A stretch of DNA of 64,000 nucleotides from Octopus sinensis (lineage: Eukaryota). The notes below the pieces were generated by a model that was not told the DNA's origin, made no database searches, and saw only the letters and a program-made list of their open reading frames with translations. Positions 1 through 12,617 of this stretch are shown one piece after another (positions within the stretch are counted from its first letter, which is position 1; the number at the start of each line of letters is the position of its first letter). The stretch lies in the NCBI RefSeq assembly GCF_006345805.1, contig NC_043011.1, positions 48,186,464 through 48,250,463 of the forward strand. The letters run 5' to 3'. The position numbers were made by a program, and so were the translations under genes.

Positions 1-438
1 TGCAGAAGCGTGTGAATGTGTGTTAGTATGTCAGTGAGCATTAGTATGCGTTAGTGGTTACCAAGCAGTGTATGAATGTATGCATGTATTAGTGACTAGA
101 CGAGGGTGTATAAGTATGTGTTATGTTAGTGATTGAGAGAGAGAGTGTGCAAATGTATGCATGTCTATGTGTGTTAGTACTTGAAAGAGCGTATAACTGT
201 ATTTGTGAGTGAGTATGTGAATGTGATGGTACATGAGTGTGAGAATGTCTCTGTGTGTTCTCATTATGGAAAATGAAATATTGAGCAAAGCAAGGCGTCA
301 GGACCTACAGAATTTATTTATTGAGATCAAATCACAGCATACATAGATTAGCATTGCACTCCATGACCTGTGGTGCTGCTCCTGGCAACTGTCCAGTGTG
401 CTCTATCCTTAAAACAGCACTGTGTATGCAAGTGTGCT

Positions 439-470
<32 letters not shown>

Positions 471-472
<2 letters not shown>

Positions 473-658
473 CTAATGCGCTTGGCTTAGATTTTCCTTT
501 GGGGCTGGCCAGGTCGGAGCAATCTCAAGATTAATCAGCCGAAATTGCAAGGATGATCCGGTTCTTGACTGAAGATTGAAGGCTTTGCATGTCCCGTCCG
601 TGTTTTTTGTATCGTCTTCTAAATGTTTTGCGTTCTTGTCCCAGTTTGTATTTTTTTA
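471..658. repeat. Unclassified interspersed repeat, copy 1 (inverted copy at 44105-44233)
   Basis: GATTAATCAGCCGAAATTG...GGATGATCCGGTTCTTGACTGAAGATTGAAGGCTT...CCCAGTTTGTATTT is matched in reverse complement at 44105-44233; both copies abut (TA)n. Confidence 0.75.
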
Positions 659-678
659 CATATGCATATATATATATG

Positions 679-1566
679 CAAGGTGCAATGTGTAAATTGT
701 CGCCCTTTTATGTTTTTAATTTCATTCATGTGCATTGTTTATATTTGATTTCAGTGACTACAAAGTATAGTAGGGTCAGTTGGGCACTATCTCTGAGAAA
801 AAACAGCACCATGACACAGTTCACTTTGCCAGAAATTTGGAAACGACATGCTGTACTGCTTGGCATTTGCAATCATTGGAAACTCCAATATGAACAGATG
901 TTGAACACACAGAACAACTGTTGGTTTGCTCTGTAGCCAAAACATGTACTGAGAGTGATAAACATTAAATATTCAGTCAAAATGATGGTGTTTGGAGTGA
1001 TCACTACTGATGGCAAAGTTATGCCTCCATTCATCTTTCCACACAGCCTCAGACTAAACACAGAGGCCTACATCAAGTGCCTGGAGGAGGTAGTGTTGTC
1101 CTGGGTCAAGTGGGTGGTTGCTGGAAGACCCTATGTTTGGCAACAGGACTCTGCACCATTCCACACAAACAGGAGGACCCAGTCATGGCTGTCAGACAAT
1201 TCCTGTGACCACATCACCCCTAACATCTGGCCACCTAACTCCCCAGACTAAAACCCTCTTGATTATTATGTGTGGGGTTCAATTGAGCAAGAGACCAACA
1301 AAACTACTTGTAACACCAAAGATGAACAGAAAGTAAGGATTATGGCAACATTTTCCAACTCAAACAAGGAGAGTGTCCAGAAGAATTGCAGGAGATTTCA
1401 AAGTCGTCTAAAGGCCATGGTTGGAGTCAATGGCAATTTTGTTGAATAAATTTACTCTTTACTATTTCAAGATTTTTTTATGTAATTTTGGTAAATATAT
1501 CTGTTAAAATGAGATGTCAGTGTTATTCTCATTTTTGTGTAATTTAGATGACAATATATATTAACC

Positions 1567-1569
<3 letters not shown>
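679..1569 (+). mobile_element. Internally deleted Tc1/mariner element of maT (DD37D)-like type
   Basis: ORF 955-1251 contains WQQDSAP and WPPNSPD followed by (N)PLDYYVWG after a stop. Degenerate inverted ends CAAGGTGCAATGTGTAAATTGTCG and GATGACAATATATTAACCCTG; flanked by (TA)n. Family assignment is from motif knowledge. Confidence 0.8.
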
Positions 1570-1645
<76 letters not shown>

Positions 1646-1656
1646 GTACATACACA

Positions 1657-1872
1657 TGAGAGAATGCTGAAATGTTCTGGGCTTTGGGCAAAAGAGAATA
1701 CAGGAGGATCAGTCAATTATGATTTTATTCAACATATTTCCCTCTCAGATTCACACACTTATTGCAGTAGTCCCTTAGTTTTCCTAAACCCTGTAAAAGA
1801 AATCAGAAGATTGGGCTTCCAACCAGGTCTTTTGTGATGCTCTTAAAGCCAGGAACTTTTCAGAACTTCCTC

Positions 1873-1873
<1 letters not shown>
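1657..1873 (-). mobile_element. About 215 bp mariner-derived MITE
   Basis: Inverted ends TGAGAGAATGCTGAAATGTTCTGGGCTTT and AAAGCCAGGAACTTTTCAGAACTTCCTCG. The minus strand encodes a mariner C-terminal remnant NKCVNLRGKYVE*. Confidence 0.75.
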
Positions 1874-1906
<33 letters not shown>

Positions 1907-2118
1907 TGTGTTTGTGTGTGTCTGTGTGTGTGTGTAAGTGCCTTTGGAAGTGGGTGTATTTTGGGTCAGGTATGATTGGTAGAGTATCAATCTCGAAATA
2001 ACTTGAACTTTTTTAGATGAAGATGAAATGAGGTGAAATATATATTATCTTATAATAGTTTCACTCACAAATATGTGTGTGTGTGTGTGTGTGTATGTAT
2101 ATATATATATAATAGTAA

Positions 2119-2383
2119 TCATCATCGTTCATCATCATCGTTTAACGTCCGCTTTCCATGCTAGCATGGGTTGGACGATTTTGACTGAGGGCTGGCAAAC
2201 CAGATGGCTGCACCAGGCTCCAATCTTGATCTGGCAGAGTTTCTACAGCTGGATGCCCTTCCAAAATGCCGACCACTCCGAGAGTGAAGTGGGTACTTTT
2301 TACGTGCCACCGGCACGGGGGTCAGTCAGGTGGTACTGGCAATGACCTTGCTCGAATCTTTACGAGCGAGGTCATTGCCAGTA
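2119..2383 (-). mobile_element. SINE family C, 5'-truncated copy with a terminal 21-bp hairpin
   Basis: (CAT)n-GTTTAACGTCCGCTTTCCATGCTAGCATGGGTTGGACG...CTGGATGCCCTTCC matches many other copies in the window. Confidence 0.85.
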
Positions 2384-2745
2384 TATATATGCATATATAT
2401 TATTTATATTATTATATGATCAAACACCATGTATCCATTTCCAAGTAAGTTTTATCTATATACATATATATATATATATGTGTTTGTATGTATATATAGA
2501 TATATATGTGTATGTATGAATGTATAAGAGGAGCTTCTTTCAGTTTTTATCTACCAAATCCATTCAAATGGTTTCAGTTGGCCTAGGGCTATCACAGAAG
2601 ACATTTAGTGAAGTTGCGATGCAGTGGAACGGAACCTAGAACCATATGGTTGAGGAGCAAACTTCTTACCATACAGTCATGCCCTAAAGCCAGATATTTC
2701 TGATCATATAAGGGAAATTTCTGCACACACACACACCACATATAT

Positions 2746-2926
2746 GTAGAAGAAGAAGAAGAAAAGAAGGAGGAGGAGGAGGAGGAGGAGGGGGGAGAAG
2801 GAGGAGGCGGAGGATGAGGGGGAAGATAAGGATGATGTAATGAGGAGGAGGAGGAGAGGAGGAGGGGAGGAGAAGGAGGAGAAGGAGAAGAAGAAGAAGA
2901 AGAAAGAAGAAGAAGAAGAAGAAGAA
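2746..2926. repeat. Purine-rich (GAA)n/(GGA)n microsatellite
   Basis: Direct inspection. Confidence 0.95.
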
Positions 2927-3249
2927 GGTGTATAAAATTATGGCTACTTTTATAGCAGATTTAAGCATTCATATAAAAGTACATGATTTTTATCTTCACG
3001 ATATACAGGCCTTTTATTGACTTTAAAATATTTACAACCCAGTTTATGCTCTGTTTTACCTCCCACTTTCACATACACTTTCAGAACTTAATTGCTATTA
3101 GGGTGGAGAAGAGGCAAGAAGGGTTGCAGCATCGGACAAAATGCCTTGTGGTATTTGTTTAAGGTTTTTTATGCTTTGAGTTCAAATTCTGCTAAGGTCA
3201 TCTTTGCCCTTCATCCTTCATAAATTAATAATACCTGCCAAGTGTTGTT

Positions 3250-3982
3250 CATCATCATCATCGCCGTCGTCATCACCATTGACATCATCTTTTAATACAA
3301 GTTTTCCATGCTGGCATGGGTTGGACAATTTTTAGCTGGCTAGCAAGATGCTTGCACCAGACTCCAATTTTCTGTTTTGACATTGTCTTTATAGCTGGAT
3401 GCTCTTCCTAATGCCAGCCTCTTTACAGAGTGTACTGGGTATCTTTTATGTGGCATCTGTATGGATGCTTCATGTGTGGCACTAGCACAAGTGCCTCTTA
3501 TGTGCAATGAGCATGAGTGCTTTAACATGGCACCAACATGTGTTCTTTTTACATGGCACCAATGATTTAACTGAGAAACACTTCTCCAAAAATTACTGGC
3601 CTTGCACATCATCATCATCGTCATCATCATTTAAGATCCATTTTCCATGCTGACATGGGTTGGACGGATTGACAGAGGAACATAAATAATAAACAATTAT
3701 CATAAAGCGCCTTCACTGGCTTCCGTGCCGGTGGCACGTTAAAAGCACCAACCGATTGTGGCCGATGCCCAGACTCCCACGGCACCTGTGCCAGTGGCAC
3801 GTAAAAAGCACCCACTACACTCGCGGAGTGGTTGGCGTTAGGAAGGGCATCCAGCTGTAGAAACACTGCCAGATCAGACTGGAGCCTGGTGCAGCCCCTG
3901 GCTTCCCAGACCCTGGTCAAACCGTCCAACCTGTGCTAGTGTGGAAAACGGACACTAAACGATGATGATGATGATGATGATG
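3250..3982. mobile_element. Cluster of family C SINE copies in both orientations
   Basis: (CAT)n-tailed copies begin near 3250 and 3610; an opposite-orientation copy at about 3700-3982 ends GGACACTAAACGATGATGATG. Confidence 0.8.
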
Positions 3983-4542
3983 AACAATGTATTAGCCGTA
4001 TGGTTAGAGTACTGGGAAAAGGAAAAATGAGTTGTATTTTTTTCCAGCTCTTCACCTCTGAATTCAAACACCATTGAAGTTGAATTCATCTTTCATCTCT
4101 CTTAGCTTGTTAAAATAAAGTATCGACCATGTCCTGGGATCAATGGCATCAACTAAACCCCTACCCTGAAAATTGTTGACCTTGTCTGTAAATCAGAAAC
4201 CACTAGAATTGTTTTTAGTATTAGTATTGGTGATTTGTTGTTCTTGAAAAGACGTGTCAAGCTACATAGAATTGCTGTCATCCATACGTAGAGGCTGCTC
4301 CTTTGCAAGTGCCAGTGCCACATAGAATGCACTTGTGCTGGTGCTGTATAAATGCACTGGAGCTAGTAGCATGTAAAAGGTACCCAACACACTCTGTAAA
4401 GTGGCTAGCATTAGGAAGGGCATCCAGCTCTAGAAACCATGCCACAACAGACAATTGGAATCTGGCCAGCTGCTATCAAATTTTCCAACCCATGCCAGCA
4501 TGGAAAACAGACATTAGATGCTGATGACGTTGATGCTGCTGC

Positions 4543-4951
4543 TTGTTTGTTTGTTTGTTTGTTTGTTTCTTGAGCGAAGCGGTCTTCGTCCAAGAGCTCG
4601 CCTCTGGATTGTCTGTAGTGGGAGAAGTCCGGAACGTGGTCCTTGGCTATTCATAAGACCCGCAGAAGAGAAAGCAGGTCAAACCGCGACACCAAGAGCA
4701 TCGACGGATGGATGAATGCGCATCCAGGCTCAGCGGTTGCGTAGGAAGTCGGGGACAAGAAACAGGAAGAAAGAGTGAGAGAAAGTTGGAGTGAAAGAAT
4801 ACAACAGTGGTCGTCACCTCCCACTGCCGGAGCCTCATGGAGCTTTAGGTGTTTTCGCTCAATAAACACACACGACGCCCGGTCTGGGAATCGAAACTGC
4901 GATCCTCCGACCACGAGTCCACTGCTTTAACCACTGGGCCATTGTACCTTC
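4543..4951 (-). mobile_element. tRNA-derived SINE family B, tail type 2, ending in (AAAC)n
   Basis: The minus-strand head (CAATGGCCCAGTGGTTAAAGCAGTGGACTCGTGGTCGG...TTTCGATTCCCAGACCGGGCG) has A/B-box-like motifs shared with copies at 16117, 34590, 43020 and 56314. Confidence 0.85.
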
Positions 4952-5267
4952 ACTGCTGCTGCTGCTGATGATGATGATGAGGATGATGATAATGAATCAA
5001 AACAGCACTGGACAAAATACCTTGTCACCACCTCCTCCAAAATATGTGACCTTGAGGCTATGATAGAAACCATTATTTGGCAGAGACAGAAGGATATTGA
5101 AACAAATACCCTGCAGCATTTGGTTACATTCCCTGTTCAAAATTCAGTAAAGGTGATTTTGTCTTTCATCATTCTAAGTATTGGTTCAAGAACTAGCAAT
5201 CAGTATAATTGATTGAACTAACATAAAGATATGTCAGACCTTGTGATTACGTCATGAATTATTATTA

Positions 5268-5328
<61 letters not shown>

Positions 5329-5340
5329 CACCATCAGTGA

Positions 5341-5672
5341 TGGTGAATGGCTCAGTGGTTAGAGCATCGAGCTTATGATCATGAGGTTGTGAGTTTGATT
5401 CTCGGACCAGGCTGTGTGTTGTGTTCTTGAGCAAGACACTTTATTTCACGTTGCTCCAGTTAACTCAGCTGTAGAAATGAGTTGCGACGTCACAGGTGCC
5501 AAGCTGTATCGGACCCTTTGCCTTTCTCTTGGATAACATCAGTAGTGTGGAGAGGGGAGGCTGGTATGCATGGGCAACTGCTGGTCTTCCATAAACAACC
5601 TTGCCTGGACTTGTGCCTTCGTGGGTAACTTCCTAGGTGCAATCCCACGGTCATTCATGACTGAAGGGGGTT
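5341..5672 (+). mobile_element. tRNA-derived SINE family F
   Basis: TGGCTCAGTGGTTAGAGC A-box and GAGTTTGATTCTC B-box, then CORE-like TTCTTGAGCAAGACACTTTATTTC; near-identical copy at 47039-47368. Confidence 0.85.
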
Positions 5673-5834
5673 TCCTCCTCCTATCATCATCATCATCATC
5701 ATCATTATAGAATGATGATAGAACCATTAGCACTCCAGACAAACTTCTTTGCAGCATTTCATCTTTATATTCTGAGTTCAAATTCCACCACGGTTAACTC
5801 GGCTTTTCTTTCTTTCAGGGTCAATAAGTTATGG

Positions 5835-6222
5835 TGCCTGAAGTGCATGCATGCAGAGTGATGAGACCTTTCTGCACACCCTCATTCAGTGTCTGGCATT
5901 GCTGACTTGTGGGGTTATGTTGAACAGCTACAGTTATGTGTGGAACCGATCTGTCTGTGGGCCGAGTCTGTAGTGATGATTGCACCACTGTTGGGCAGGC
6001 AAGGCAGTTTTCTGTTGCCTGGTGGCTGTGGTGAAAGAAATTGTTTGGCGGACAAGGCTGAGAGACATAAGGACAGATACATTCCTCTTTGGTAGAGCTC
6101 TCAATGACTCCTTCAAGTTTCACTTGAAAAGGTAATTGAGAGTGGAGAGGGGAAAGTGCTGTCCTCGAGTGAGTTTACTGAAAGGTGGGATGAAGTTGCG
6201 AAAAATGGCAAGAGTGGATGGT
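5835..6222 (+). mobile_element. Decayed L1/Tx1-type LINE ORF2 C-terminal fragment
   Basis: Frameshifted reading CLKC..QSDETFLHTLIQC resembles the CCHC zinc knuckle, followed by KEIVWRTRL..FKFHLKR*LRVER and VLSSSEFTERW; contains stops and frameshifts. Confidence 0.65.
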
Positions 6223-6289
6223 ACCACTCACAAGGCTTTGGTCTTGCCCAAGGTGCCATGTGGTTGGTAAGCAAGCTACTTACCACACA

Positions 6290-6312
6290 GTCACTACTAC
6301 TACCACCACTGT

Positions 6313-6343
<31 letters not shown>

Positions 6344-6464
6344 GTTGCTATTGCTGCTACTTCTGCTGTTACTACTACCACCACTGTCACTACTACTACT
6401 ACTACTGCTGCTGCTACTTCTGCTGTTACTACTATCACCACCACCACCACCACTACTACTACTA

Positions 6465-6505
<41 letters not shown>

Positions 6506-6525
6506 TTACTGCTGCTGCTGCTGTT
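6290..6525. repeat. Compound (ACT)n/(ACC)n/(GCT)n microsatellite
   Basis: Direct inspection; source of the poly-L/T/Y ORFs. Confidence 0.95.
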
Positions 6526-6785
6526 GTTTCTTTAAATCTGCTGCAGCGAGAAGTTGCATTTTTCTTTATCCCTACTTCTTGAGAAGAGATGAACTAAATG
6601 ACTAGACAGGCAGCTGCATGTTCCGACAGACTTCATTACCTCTCCTTCTGCCATAGAAGATGCTACATATACATACGTTCACGTGTTTAAATACTTCTAC
6701 TTCCCCTCTCTCTCTCTCTCTCTCTCTCCACCCCTCCCTCTTGCTCTCTGTTCCATGCATTTTACATGCACATACATACACAGAA

Positions 6786-6830
<45 letters not shown>

Positions 6831-7016
6831 TATATGCACACATATGCATCCAACATTGTCAAACTGCATTTCTTTCAGATGTTCAGTCTGTATAATATAT
6901 CTAATTAAACAGTATTTCTTTCCAGACACAGACACAGTCACACACACACACACATGGGTTTGTATGCATATGCATCAATGCACGCACATACACACACACA
7001 CACACATATATATATG

Positions 7017-7047
<31 letters not shown>

Positions 7048-7129
7048 AAGCTGATTAATATATATGTTAGCGTCGTATTTTATTTCCTTTAAATATATGT
7101 CTTTGATATGCTTAATTAACTAGTCTTCA

Positions 7130-7297
7130 ATACAGCCACACATGCGCATACATATGCATGTATGCATGTGTATATACATGCAGTTGTATGCATATCTATA
7201 TACATATATATATGTATATATGTGTGTATGTATACACACATATACACTTACATATTCACATACATATATATATATCTCTTTCTCTGTGTGTGTATAA

Positions 7298-7335
<38 letters not shown>

Positions 7336-7535
7336 TGTATATGTATACATATATATAATATATATATAATACATATGTATGTATATACATATATTATATA
7401 TATATACATATATATATAAACATATATACATACATATATATATATTGTAAATATATATATATTTACAATATATATATATGTATGTATATATGTTTATATA
7501 TATATGCATATATATATATATATGTATATGAATGC

Positions 7536-7590
<55 letters not shown>

Positions 7591-7695
7591 GCATATATAT
7601 ATAATATATATGTATATATATTTAAATATATATAATATATATGCATATATATACATGCATATATATATATATGTATATATACATATATATATGTA
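7130..7695. repeat. Degenerate (TA)n/(TATG)n field
   Basis: Direct inspection. Confidence 0.95.
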
Positions 7696-8116
7696 AAGAG
7701 GAAAAGAGAGTAAGGTGTGTGAAAGCTCTTATATTTATCCAGTCTTCATCTGAAATGGAAAGATAACAGAGTTTTAGGCGTCTTAAAGCTGCTACTTATG
7801 AGATATCTTAGCTGTCTTTCTTTCGTCTTATATTTCAATCAAGTAACTACATTCTTCCATCCCCCACCCCCACCACTCCCCACATCCCACCACCACCACT
7901 ACCACCACCATTACCTCCATTGCTACACCCAACAGTATGAACGCTACTAGCTTTGACCATCACTCCTACCATTGCCAAGTTGCTTAGTCAGTTTACCGTT
8001 ATTGTCTAATCTCGGTACCATCACCAGAACCACTTCTGCTTCTGCATCGTGAATTCCTATGATACTATTACCATTTCCACTACTGCTGCTACTGCCTTGA
8101 CTACCATTAACAATGC

Positions 8117-8790
8117 TAATGATTCTCAACCAGGTTGCATTTGAGCCCTGATGATCCATGTAAGACTTTTGGGGTCCACACATGCAAAATCGTAAATTGG
8201 TGATCCATAGTAGTGTTTTAAGGGTCCCTGAAAAATAAATCTCATTTTGAGTGGTAAGAAGTTTGCTTCCCAGCCACATGGTTCTGGGTTCAGTCCCACT
8301 GTGTAGCCCCTTGGGTAGGTGTCATCTACCATAGCCTTGGACCAATCAAAGCCTAGTGAATGGATTTAGTAGATGGAAATTAACAGAGACCCATCATGTG
8401 TATATGTGTGTGTGTATGTGTTTGTCCCCTCATCACCACCTGTGTTGGTGTGTTTGCATCCCTGTAATTTAACAGTTTGGCAAAATAAATGACAAAATAA
8501 GTACCAGGCTTTAAAAACATGTACTGGTGTCAATTCATTCGACTAAAAGTCCTTCAACGTGGTGCCCCAGCATGGCCACAGTCTAATGACTGAAACAAGT
8601 AAAAGATAAAAGATGCATTAATGGTTCTTGCCCTAATGTTCAACCCAGCTGAGTTAATGGATGAGAGACAAAATAGGAATTTTGAAAGGAGCATGTATAA
8701 AACTGGTTTTTAAATATTAGATGGTTATGGGTGTCCACCTGAAGAAAACAGTAATCAAAGAAGAGGTCCATAGAATGTCGAGAAGCGTTC
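8117..8790 (+). mobile_element. hAT-like MITE interrupted by an old family A SINE (8249-8614)
   Basis: The 5' end TAATGATTCTCAACC and 3' end GGTCCATAGAATGTCGAGAAGCG resemble CAGTGGTTCTCAACC-type TIRs. Internal sequence matches copies at 35613 and 51499 and a 3' end at about 9505-9580. Confidence 0.65.
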
Positions 8791-8924
8791 ATTTGTCCTA
8801 TTACCAACACACCAATGCTACAAGTTAGAAACTTTTATGTGGTCACTTAACCTGTTAGAAACAGCAACCAAATTTTCTTCAAATCACACCTTACTATCCT
8901 ATCCTTAATAAAAAATAATTCAGA

Positions 8925-9345
8925 TAGCTGGAACATAGCAGACACCCATAGAATTATTAACCATCTTACAAACAATAACTCTGAGCACCTTTTCAAACTC
9001 CACCCGTCTAACACCCGTGGACATATTTACAAAGTCAGAAAACAGCACAGCTCCCATGACTTTAGGAAACATTTGTTTCATGCTGAGAGTTGCTGAAGCA
9101 TGGAACAAACTGCCAACATCAGTTTTTAGTTGTCGGAGCACTGCATCCTTCAAAACTTCCATGCTTTCTGAGATTCGCCAACACTACACCTGATTTTCTC
9201 CCCTTCATACATACACAAGCATGTATCTGACTCATACACTGTTCACTTTCCAGACATTTGTACATTACTGCATCTGCTTTATACGCACTTTCTGACAAGT
9301 TGTGGTGCACCTGAGCACTGCATACAATAATTTTATTATTATTAT
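8925..9345 (+). mobile_element. CR1-type LINE 3' end
   Basis: LFKLHPSNTRGHIYKVRKQH..FRKH..LRVAEAWNKLP..FKTSMLSEIRQHYT* (stop 9191-9193), then a 3' UTR and (ATT)n tail; TRGH and WNxLP are typical CR1/L2 ORF2 C-terminal motifs. Confidence 0.85.
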
Positions 9346-9622
9346 ACTGGACAAAGTGTGCAAACAAATTCTTAATGAATTGAGGTTTGGCACTTAGTTG
9401 AAGAACATAATGGAAATTTAGAGTTAATTGCTGGGCAGGTCTCAAGGTAAAAAGGAAGATATTTTCAGAAATTAAGAATTAATTTTGCAGAAAATTGTAT
9501 TTTCAAACTTAGAAGTGGGTGGGTGTCCACCTGAATAAAACAGTAATCTAAAAGGTCTATAGAATGGTCAAGAACCACTCATTTACCTTTTTACCAGCAC
9601 ACCAATGCTACAAATATATGAT

Positions 9623-9664
9623 GGTTACAAACATGTTTTGGTCTTATTAGACCTCATCAGTAAT
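9623..9664 (-). ncRNA. Degenerate minimal hammerhead ribozyme motif
   Basis: Minus strand: CTGATGA-GGTCT-AATA-AGACC-AAA-ACATGT-T-TGTAACC. Core and stem II are perfect and helix III (ACATGT) is palindromic; G12 is changed to A and stem I is weak. Confidence 0.55.
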
Positions 9665-11100
9665 GAACTAGAAAAAAAATAATTACAACCAGTAAAATTT
9701 GCATAATTGCAAAAATAAATCAATACATTTGATGATATAGTTGAAGATACAGAATATATGAAATATAACATGGGATGGTCACGTTTGGATTTCCTTTGAT
9801 CAAACCAGACCAAGTGCTCAACAACAACCATCAATAACGCTGCTACAACTTCTCTTATATTCGACATATTTTAACCATACCACCACAACCACCACCACAA
9901 CTACCACCACAACCACCACCTCAACCACCACCTCAACCACAACCACCACCATCACCACCACCACCACCATAACCACCACCACCTCTGCTTTCTTCCCCAC
10001 TACCACATCAACAAAACACTACTTTACATATGACTAAATTGACATCAGTAATATGAATCAATGGTTATTTTCTTGTGAGAAGACAATATCTTCTCTCCTG
10101 ACATAGTAATCGTGTATTCAATACATAGTTCTCACTCTCAGCATACGTTTCGCATACATTACACTACACACACACACACATGCATGCATGCATGCACACA
10201 TACATTTATCCTATAGCAAAGTTACTGTAAATAAATCAACATGTATACATATTTGGGCTTCATCAATAAAGACCTGTAGAAGGCCAATTTATTGTTATTT
10301 ACGAGCAACACATTCAAGTTGACTTCATTCTCAATCAGGCAGACAGAGAGAGGGTGATATAGAAAGGAATGAAAACAAGCATTTGAGAGACAGAGCAAGA
10401 GAGCGGTGGCAGGGAGAAGAAGAGAGAAAAAAAACACATAGGTTTGTGTGTAGTAAGAAGCTTGCTTCCCAACCACATGGTTCTGGGTTCAGTCCTACTA
10501 TGTAGTACCATGGGCAAGTGTCGTCTACTATAACCTCAGGTCGACCAAAACCTTGCGTGTGGATGTGGTAGATGGAAACTGAAAGAAGCCTGTCGTATAT
10601 ATGTATATATATATGTGTGTGTGTGCGTGTGTGCATGCGTGTGCGTGTGTGTGCATGTGTATGTGTGTACAGACATGTCAAAACACACATATTCTTTTCT
10701 GCTCTAGGCACTGGGCCCGTAACTTTTGGGGATGGTGCAAGTCGATTAGATCAATCCAGTGTACAACTGGTACTTAATTTATCAACCCCAAATGGATGGA
10801 AGGCAAAGTTGACCCTGGCAGAATTTGAACTCAGAATGTAAAGACAGATGAAATACCATGAAGCATTTCACCTGGTGCCTTCAAAACACACATATTGAGT
10901 AAAGCCAAGAATCATCATCAACATCAACCCGAGTATAATTACTTTCTTAGATATCACACTAGATTTGATTATAGGCAATGATTCTCTTGACAGAAAACCT
11001 AACATTGTCTCTAGAGACATATAAATAAGTAACCATGTCTTTATCATAAAAGTTTTCATTATAATTCAGCTCCACCAAAAATGGCTTTAAAGAAGAAAAA

Positions 11101-11559
11101 TTGGGTTGTCCGGAAAGTTCATGCCGATTTAAAATTCTGTAACCCTTTAATTCTGTTAATTCAGAAACCCTTTAAAATGGAAGATAAGAAAGTTCATTTT
11201 CGGCACTTGATGCTTTCGGAACTAGGCAAAAATTGCTGCAGCTCGGCTGGGATGTGTTACCCACCTTCCATATTCACCAGATATTGCTCCTTCGGATTTC
11301 CACTTATTCAGGTCTCTGCAGAATAGTCTTAACAGTAAAAATTTCAATTCCTTGGATGACGTAAAAAGATGCCTTGATGAATTCTTTGCCATGAAACCAC
11401 CTCAATTCTGGGAAGAGGGTATTTTCAAGTTAAAGGAAAGATGGAGACACATTGTGCAACACAATGGTTCATATTTGGTTGATTAAAAATGTAATGGCAA
11501 GTATTTACTGACCTTTTTCTTTCCTTTAAAAATCAGCACAAACTTCCCGGACAACCCAA
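11101..11559 (+). mobile_element. Internally deleted mellifera-type mariner, copy 1
   Basis: TIRs TTGGGTTGTCCGGAAAGTT and AACTTCCCGGACAACCCAA. MEDKKVHFRHLML is fused to the C-terminus (..YSPDIAPSDFHLFRSLQNSL..EEGIFKLKERW..). Most of the 5' UTR is also deleted. Confidence 0.92.
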
Positions 11560-12389
11560 TAGTTTATTAAATCATCTCAGCAGACGATTTGAAGTCCAGA
11601 TATAATATGGTTCAAGTACCATGTTGATCAACATAAACCAAATTCTAACGTTTTAGAAACGTTTTAGAAATCTAGGCAAACATTTGCCTTTTTGATTAAG
11701 AAAAATCGCCATTCAGATCTGATGGCAACATGTGCATCAAATTTCAATATTGCTCAAAAGTACAGAATCTGATCTGCACATGTATAACAGTATGAACATG
11801 GAAGTCAGTGATGCAGTAATGAAATTAAAAATTGACAAACATACAGAGAGTTTAGTCAAGCATGAAGCATATATGTCACATTAAAAGATCAGAAGAGAAA
11901 CTTCAGTTGCAATCCAAAAAGCAGTTTTAATTAATCTAGTTAAGAGTAAAATCGATTAATTATTTAAGACATCATGAATAATATAAATGCCAAAATGAGA
12001 AATTACACAAACTACCAACAATAGAATAACATGACTGTTGTCAGTTGGTTCGTAAGTGTTAGTAACAAAAGCAATTTGTATGTTTGTTCAATTCAACATT
12101 GTGGAGTTTTATCCTTTCCTTTTTGAGCTTAACCCAATAAATCCTTAACATTTATTTTTAAAAAAATGTTGCACTATTAACAGTTGTGACACAGAAATAT
12201 TCATGCATGTCATAAAAGCAATATTATTTGATAAAAATTCTCCATGTGGAAATACAAAATTCTAGTGAATTTGATTGTGCTGAAATGAGATATTGCCTCT
12301 ATGTAACTTAGATATCCTAAATACAAAACTGAAAACAGTTGCTATAGGCTTATATAAAGGTTCAGAATGCTCACACTCCAGTAATAGCC

Positions 12390-12617
12390 TTAACCCTTTC
12401 ATTACCAACCTGGCTGAAACCGGCTCTGGCTCTGAGAACAAATGTCTTGTTTTCATAAGTTTTGAATTAAAATTTTCCACCAAACCTTAGTGACAATTTA
12501 TGTTCCTAACATTAGCTTCAGGATAACTAAGTTATTTTACTAAATTCTTTGTTATATTTAAAGTAATTGAAAGAAACACAGAACATCTCAAAATAAATAC
12601 AATAAGGAAAAGGTTAA
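12390..12617. mobile_element. piggyBac-type MITE, family 1
   Basis: TTAA-CCCTTTC...GAAAAGG-TTAA ends; related sequence at 22540-22686, 24215-24364 and 48304-48929. Confidence 0.75.

Noticed and set aside
8735-8790. CTGAAGA as a possible hammerhead core
   Set aside because: There is no stem II or GAAA partner; the sequence is the 3' part of the hAT-like MITE.
10226-10273. Minus-strand 48-nt exon reading VFIDEAQICIHVDLFT (Walker B-like)
   Set aside because: Short motif, moderate acceptor and no supporting neighbouring exons; compatible with chance.
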